Assembly (NCBI GenBank): GCA_016186145.1
Contig: JACPMF010000002.1
Location: 82,473-146,472 of the forward strand
From: Candidatus Sungiibacteriota bacterium
GTDB lineage: Bacteria > Patescibacteriota > Minisyncoccia > Sungbacterales > SURF-37
DNA length: 64,000 nt
Reading direction: 5' to 3'
Numbering within the stretch: the first letter of the stretch is position 1; each line of letters opens with the position of its first letter. The notes beneath the pieces are model-generated. The model saw only the letters and a program-made list of their open reading frames with translations, searched no databases and was not told the origin of the DNA. This document shows, piece after piece, positions 60,018-64,000 of the stretch. The position numbers and the translations under genes are program-made.

Positions 60018-60139
60018 ACGTCCTCCTTATTTTGGTTAACAAAGAGCTTGCTGATACTGTTCCCTTAACCTACCAAAGCGCTTGAATTTTTACAATACGC
60101 GGCTTTCGTAAACGGCCCTTTTTTGATACACTTTGACTT

Positions 60140-61234
60140 ATGATTAACGAGATCAAGAAAATCGAGCGATCGGCCAAAACGGAAATTCCCGAAGCAAAAA
60201 CAGCTGAAGATCTGCAGGAACTTAAAATACAATTTTTGGGCAGAGAGCGCGGAGCGCTCACGCTTATACTTCGCGGGCTAAAACAGCTGCCGGAAAAGGA
60301 ACGCGTTCGCGTCGGCAAAGACGCTAACAAGCTTCGGGGCCTCCTGGAGTCACTATTTGAAAAACGGGGCCGCGAATTAGAAGCGCTCACTATCGAATCA
60401 GTGCTCAAAACGGAACGAATTGACGTAACGCGCCCCGGCGTCAGGCAAAAAAGAGGGCACCTTCACCCGCACACGACCGTACTCGACGAAATCGAGCGCA
60501 TTTTCGGTTCAATGGGCTTTGAGGTTGCCGAGGGCCCGGAAGTTGAAACTGAACACTACAACTTTGACGCCCTGAATATTCCGGCGGACCACCCGGCGCG
60601 AGATATGTGGGACACGTTTTGGCTTCGCCAAAACGAAAGCAAAAGGCAAAATTCTCCGCCAGGGGCGAATCCGCCTCAGGCGGAAAAAGTCAAAAGTAAC
60701 GAACGGCTACTGTTACGTACGCATACTTCTCCGGTACAAATCCGGTACATGGAAAAACACAATCCGCCGTTTCGTATTATCGCGCCGGGCAGAGCGTATC
60801 GGTACGAAGCAACCGACGCTTCGCACGAATTCCAATTTTATCAAGTAGAAGGGTTAATGGTGGATAAAACAGTATCCATTGCAAACTTCAAGGCGGTTAT
60901 AGAATCTTTTTTTTCGCAGCTCTTCAAAACAAAAGTGCGAACACGATTGCGCCCGAGTTACTTTCCTTTTGTTGAGCCGGGATTTGAAGTTGACATCGCA
61001 TGCGTCATTTGCAACCAAAAGGGCTGCTCCCCTTGCAAAAAAACCGGATGGCTTGAAATGATGGGCGCGGGGATGGTGCACCCGAATGTTTTCAAGGCCG
61101 CCGGCTACAACCCAAAACAATGGCAAGGATTTGCTTTCGGCATGGGGCTTGACCGCATTGTCATGATGAAATACAAAATCCCGGATATCCGGCTTTTTCA
61201 CTCCGGGGATTTACGGTTTTTAAAACAATTCTAG
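60140..61234 (+). CDS. pheS: Phenylalanine--tRNA ligase alpha subunit
   Basis: NFDALNIPADHPARD, LLRTHTS, F.QVEGL, YFPFVEP, GFAFGMGLDR. Confidence 0.97.
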   Translation: MINEIKKIERSAKTEIPEAKTAEDLQELKIQFLGRERGALTLILRGLKQLPEKERVRVGKDANKLRGLLESLFEKRGRELEALTIESVLKTERIDVTRPGVRQKRGHLHPHTTVLDEIERIFGSMGFEVAEGPEVETEHYNFDALNIPADHPARDMWDTFWLRQNESKRQNSPPGANPPQAEKVKSNERLLLRTHTSPVQIRYMEKHNPPFRIIAPGRAYRYEATDASHEFQFYQVEGLMVDKTVSIANFKAVIESFFSQLFKTKVRTRLRPSYFPFVEPGFEVDIACVICNQKGCSPCKKTGWLEMMGAGMVHPNVFKAAGYNPKQWQGFAFGMGLDRIVMMKYKIPDIRLFHSGDLRFLKQF

Positions 61235-61235
61235 T

Positions 61236-61886
61236 ATGCGCATCTTCCCGCAAGAAAAATCCGCAGAGGCGCCGAAGAGCCCCGACGAAATCCTCTACAA
61301 CTCGATTGCTCAAGAGGCGCTCGCAAAGAAAATAAAAACCGTCCCGCAAAAACTTCCGTTGGAGGATATCCTCTTTTACATGGCCGCGCAAAACAAAATG
61401 CTTTCTTCTGCCGATCTTGCAGTATACGAACGTCGCGTGCGTCGATCGTTAAAAGAGGCAACAGAACGCGCAAAAAAAAGCCAAAACGGCGCTGCAGAGC
61501 GTGAAAAACTTAAGAATCGAAAGGCCTTTTTTGAGTTTGCCGTCCACAAAGGAGGAGAGATGATTGCCAAAAAAGGCGGTTTTAAACCGCAAAACCTGTC
61601 GGGAAACCCTGAAGATTTAAAAAAGAAAGAGCTTGAATATGCCCGCCTTACGCTCAAAGAATATATCCGTCTGGAAGAAGACAAAAAGCTTTCAGCAAGC
61701 CACTTTCTGAACGAAGAATTCAATCCGTCCGACCTTACCGATGAGGATTTACGGATATGGCTGAAAGTTATCGAGAAACAAGTGTCCCGCGAAGAACTTA
61801 CCGAATACGGAAAAACGTATAACGAAGGACCGCAATCAAGACGAGTGTTCCGCCATGCGATTAATAATTTGCTCATAACCTTATGA
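61236..61886 (+). CDS. Hypothetical charged protein between pheS and pheT
   Basis: 216-aa ORF starting 1 nt after the pheS stop and overlapping the pheT start (ATGA). Confidence 0.7.
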   Translation: MRIFPQEKSAEAPKSPDEILYNSIAQEALAKKIKTVPQKLPLEDILFYMAAQNKMLSSADLAVYERRVRRSLKEATERAKKSQNGAAEREKLKNRKAFFEFAVHKGGEMIAKKGGFKPQNLSGNPEDLKKKELEYARLTLKEYIRLEEDKKLSASHFLNEEFNPSDLTDEDLRIWLKVIEKQVSREELTEYGKTYNEGPQSRRVFRHAINNLLITL

Positions 61887-63924
61887 AATTTTCATATAGC
61901 TGGTTAAAAGAATTGACCGGCTCTAAGGATACGCCGGAAGAGCTGGCGGAGTTTCTGACACTCCGCGTATTTGAGGTCGAATCCGTTGAAAAGCGCGGAA
62001 GCGACTTTGCGCTTGATGTAAAAATATTGCCGAATCGCGTACCAGACGCATCGGGCCACATAGGGCTTGCACGGGAAATAGCGAGTTTGAGGGGCTTGGA
62101 ACTTAGAGCTTGGAACTTAGAATCTAGAATTGTAGAAAAAAAGCCGGCGGCGAGTGAAAAACTGCAGGTAAAAATAGAAGCAGTAAATGACTGCCCACGC
62201 TATGTTGCCCGAATAATAGACAACATAAAAATAAGGCCGAGCCCGGCGTGGTTAAAATCACGACTTGAGGTGTGCGGACTGCAATCGATCAATAATGTCG
62301 TGGATGCCTCGGCCAGCCCTTGCATGTGTTTGATTACGACAAGCTAAAAGCTATTATAGTGAGACGAGCAAAAAAGGGTGAAAAAATTGCGGCGCTAGAC
62401 GGAAAAACTTATGAGTTAAATCCTGAAATTTTAGTAATTTCTGATGAAGTTGAAGCGATTGCAATCGCTGGTATAAAAGGCGGAGCTCATTCTGGAGTAT
62501 CGGAAAAAACTAAAACTATTGTTCTTGAATCAGCAAACTTTGAACAAACACGGATAAGAAAAGCATCTAAATTGCTAAACCTTAAAACAGACGCTTCGTA
62601 CCGTTTTGAACACGGCCTTGACCCCAACTTAACGGAAACCGCGATCAACCGTCTCGCAGAACTCATTATAGAAGTTGCCGGCGGCGAAGTTGCATCCGAA
62701 AATATAGACGAGTATCCCGAAAAGATCGTGCCGCGCCATCTAGCATTACGCTTGGAGTATGTAAACCGGCTTGCTGGGACCTCTTTTCCGCCGGTTATGC
62801 TCGAGGCGGCGTTAAAACGGCTTGGCTATAACTATCAAAAACAGAGAACGGGAGAATATCATGTTGAAACGCCAACAATAAGACAAGACCTGGAACGCGA
62901 AGAAGATCTCATTGAGGAAGTCATCAGAATCTGGGGCTATGAAAAAATCTCGGCGGTCACTCCGGCCGTCACCATGTATGCTGCGAAAGAACATGAAGGA
63001 CATTTTTGGGAACGGCGCATAAAAAATTTTCTTGTCGGGATCGGATTTACCGAAGTTTTTCGTTACGTTTTTACTGGCGAACAAGAAATAAGGACATTTG
63101 ATCTTGACACGCGCTCGCTCATTGAGATCGTCAATCCGCTCGCGCCAGAATATCGATTTCTCACGAACACACCCCTCGCATCTTTTATAAGCGCGGCAAA
63201 AGAAAACGAGGCGCATTTTCCCGCAATCCGCATGTTTGGCATTACAAAAAGTTTTTCAAAAGGGAAAAACGGCTTAGTCAAAGGTGTTGAAGAAAAAAAA
63301 CACCTCGTTCTTGTCTGGTCTGAAAGAACGGAAGGCAGCGAAGAAATTTTCTTCCGCCTAAAGGGGGCCGCGGATGAACTATTCGAATCGCTGGGCCTTG
63401 CCGAATATTGGTACGATGCCCAAACCGAATCAGCAATTCGGAAGAAGGAATTCGGAATGTTCCATCCGTACCGCGTTGCGGAAATCAAAGTTGACGGCGA
63501 AAAAATCGGAGTAGTTGGCGAACTGCATCCGGCGATACGGAAAATCTTGAAAATAAAAAACGTCGTGGCCACGGCAGAAATAGACGCAGAAAAACTTATC
63601 GCGCATGCGAAAACGGAGGCCGAATACATACCCGTTTCACGCTTCCCCGCAGTTATCCGCGACGTAGCGCTCATTGTGCCGGAAGAAGAGAAAACAGAAA
63701 CAGTGGCGAGTATTATTGAAAATACCGGCGGAGAGCTTTTAACGGACGCAGACCTCTTCGACTATTTCCAAGACGAGGAAATGCGCGGAGTAAGAAAAAA
63801 GAGTCTGGCTTTCCATCTTACTTTTCAATCAAAAGACCGGACGCTCACCGACAAAGAAGTCGCCGTTCTTGTTAAAAAAATCGTATCCTCTCTGGAAGAA
63901 AAGGGGTGGACAGTAAGAAAATAA
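61883..63924 (+). CDS. pheT: Phenylalanine--tRNA ligase beta subunit (short form without the B2 OB domain), frameshifted near 62308
   Basis: MKFSYSWLKE, PNR.D, SINNVVDA then GQPLHVFD in another frame, TDASYRFE.GLD, R.DL..EEDLIEEV.RI.GY, FPAVIRDVAL, KKSLAF. Confidence 0.9.
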
Positions 63925-63927
63925 ACT

Positions 63928-64000
63928 ATGTACGAGTTTCTCTACTTAAAAATCGGCCTTCTGATGTTGGTGTGTTGGATCATACTCTTTTTTCTGAAAC
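63928..64000 (+). CDS. Start of a membrane protein (truncated by the window end)
   Basis: ATG 3 nt after the pheT stop; MYEFLYLKIGLLMLVCWIILFFLK. Confidence 0.45.
   Translation, partial: MYEFLYLKIGLLMLVCWIILFFLK

Noticed and set aside
60040-60139. T-box leader upstream of pheS
   Set aside because: The region is too short, lacks the T-box consensus and is shared with a divergent promoter.
62300-62347. Programmed ribosomal frameshift in pheT
   Set aside because: Conserved residues are physically missing and there is no slippery heptamer, so this is a deletion rather than recoding.

Overview
This 64-kb window looks like chromosomal DNA from a Patescibacteria/CPR bacterium, probably Parcubacteria. 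That call is inferred from gene content, mostly SD-less core genes, a short PheT and Atp epsilon, and peptidoglycan-binding surface proteins. It carries proteostasis and oxidative-stress genes (clpB with a CIRCE operator, degP, sod, msrA/msrB, ahpC, VKOR/DsbA, FKBP), an Fe-S assembly cluster, a complete F0F1 ATP synthase operon, a 2000-aa surface protein, a membrane-anchored Clp ATPase, typA, pyrH, pheS/pheT and four tRNA genes. The most striking signal is non-coding. (1) Five copies of a ~160-240 nt, three-domain nested-hairpin element (TAAAG..CTTTA / CCCTGTTAAAT..ATTTAACAGGG / TGCT(G/C)AAT..ATT(C/G)GCA) show covarying stems, are always in the sense orientation, and end on the ATG of the next gene (4 copies) or just before a tRNA (1 copy). 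(2) An initiator tRNA-Met carries a group I intron and is bracketed by a 23-bp inverted copy of its own 3' end, next to a NYN ribonuclease gene whose leader contains a terminator. (3) A complete tRNA-Gln is nested between the 5' and 3' ends of a second tRNA-like shell. (4) Palindromic and short tandem-repeat inserts occur in frame in conserved enzymes and fill operon junctions. (5) About a dozen self-contained ORFan cassettes have strong SD sites and often boxA-like leaders. Two ~20-bp deletions (in pheT and in the surface protein) may be assembly errors. All calls were made by eye; no database searches were run.
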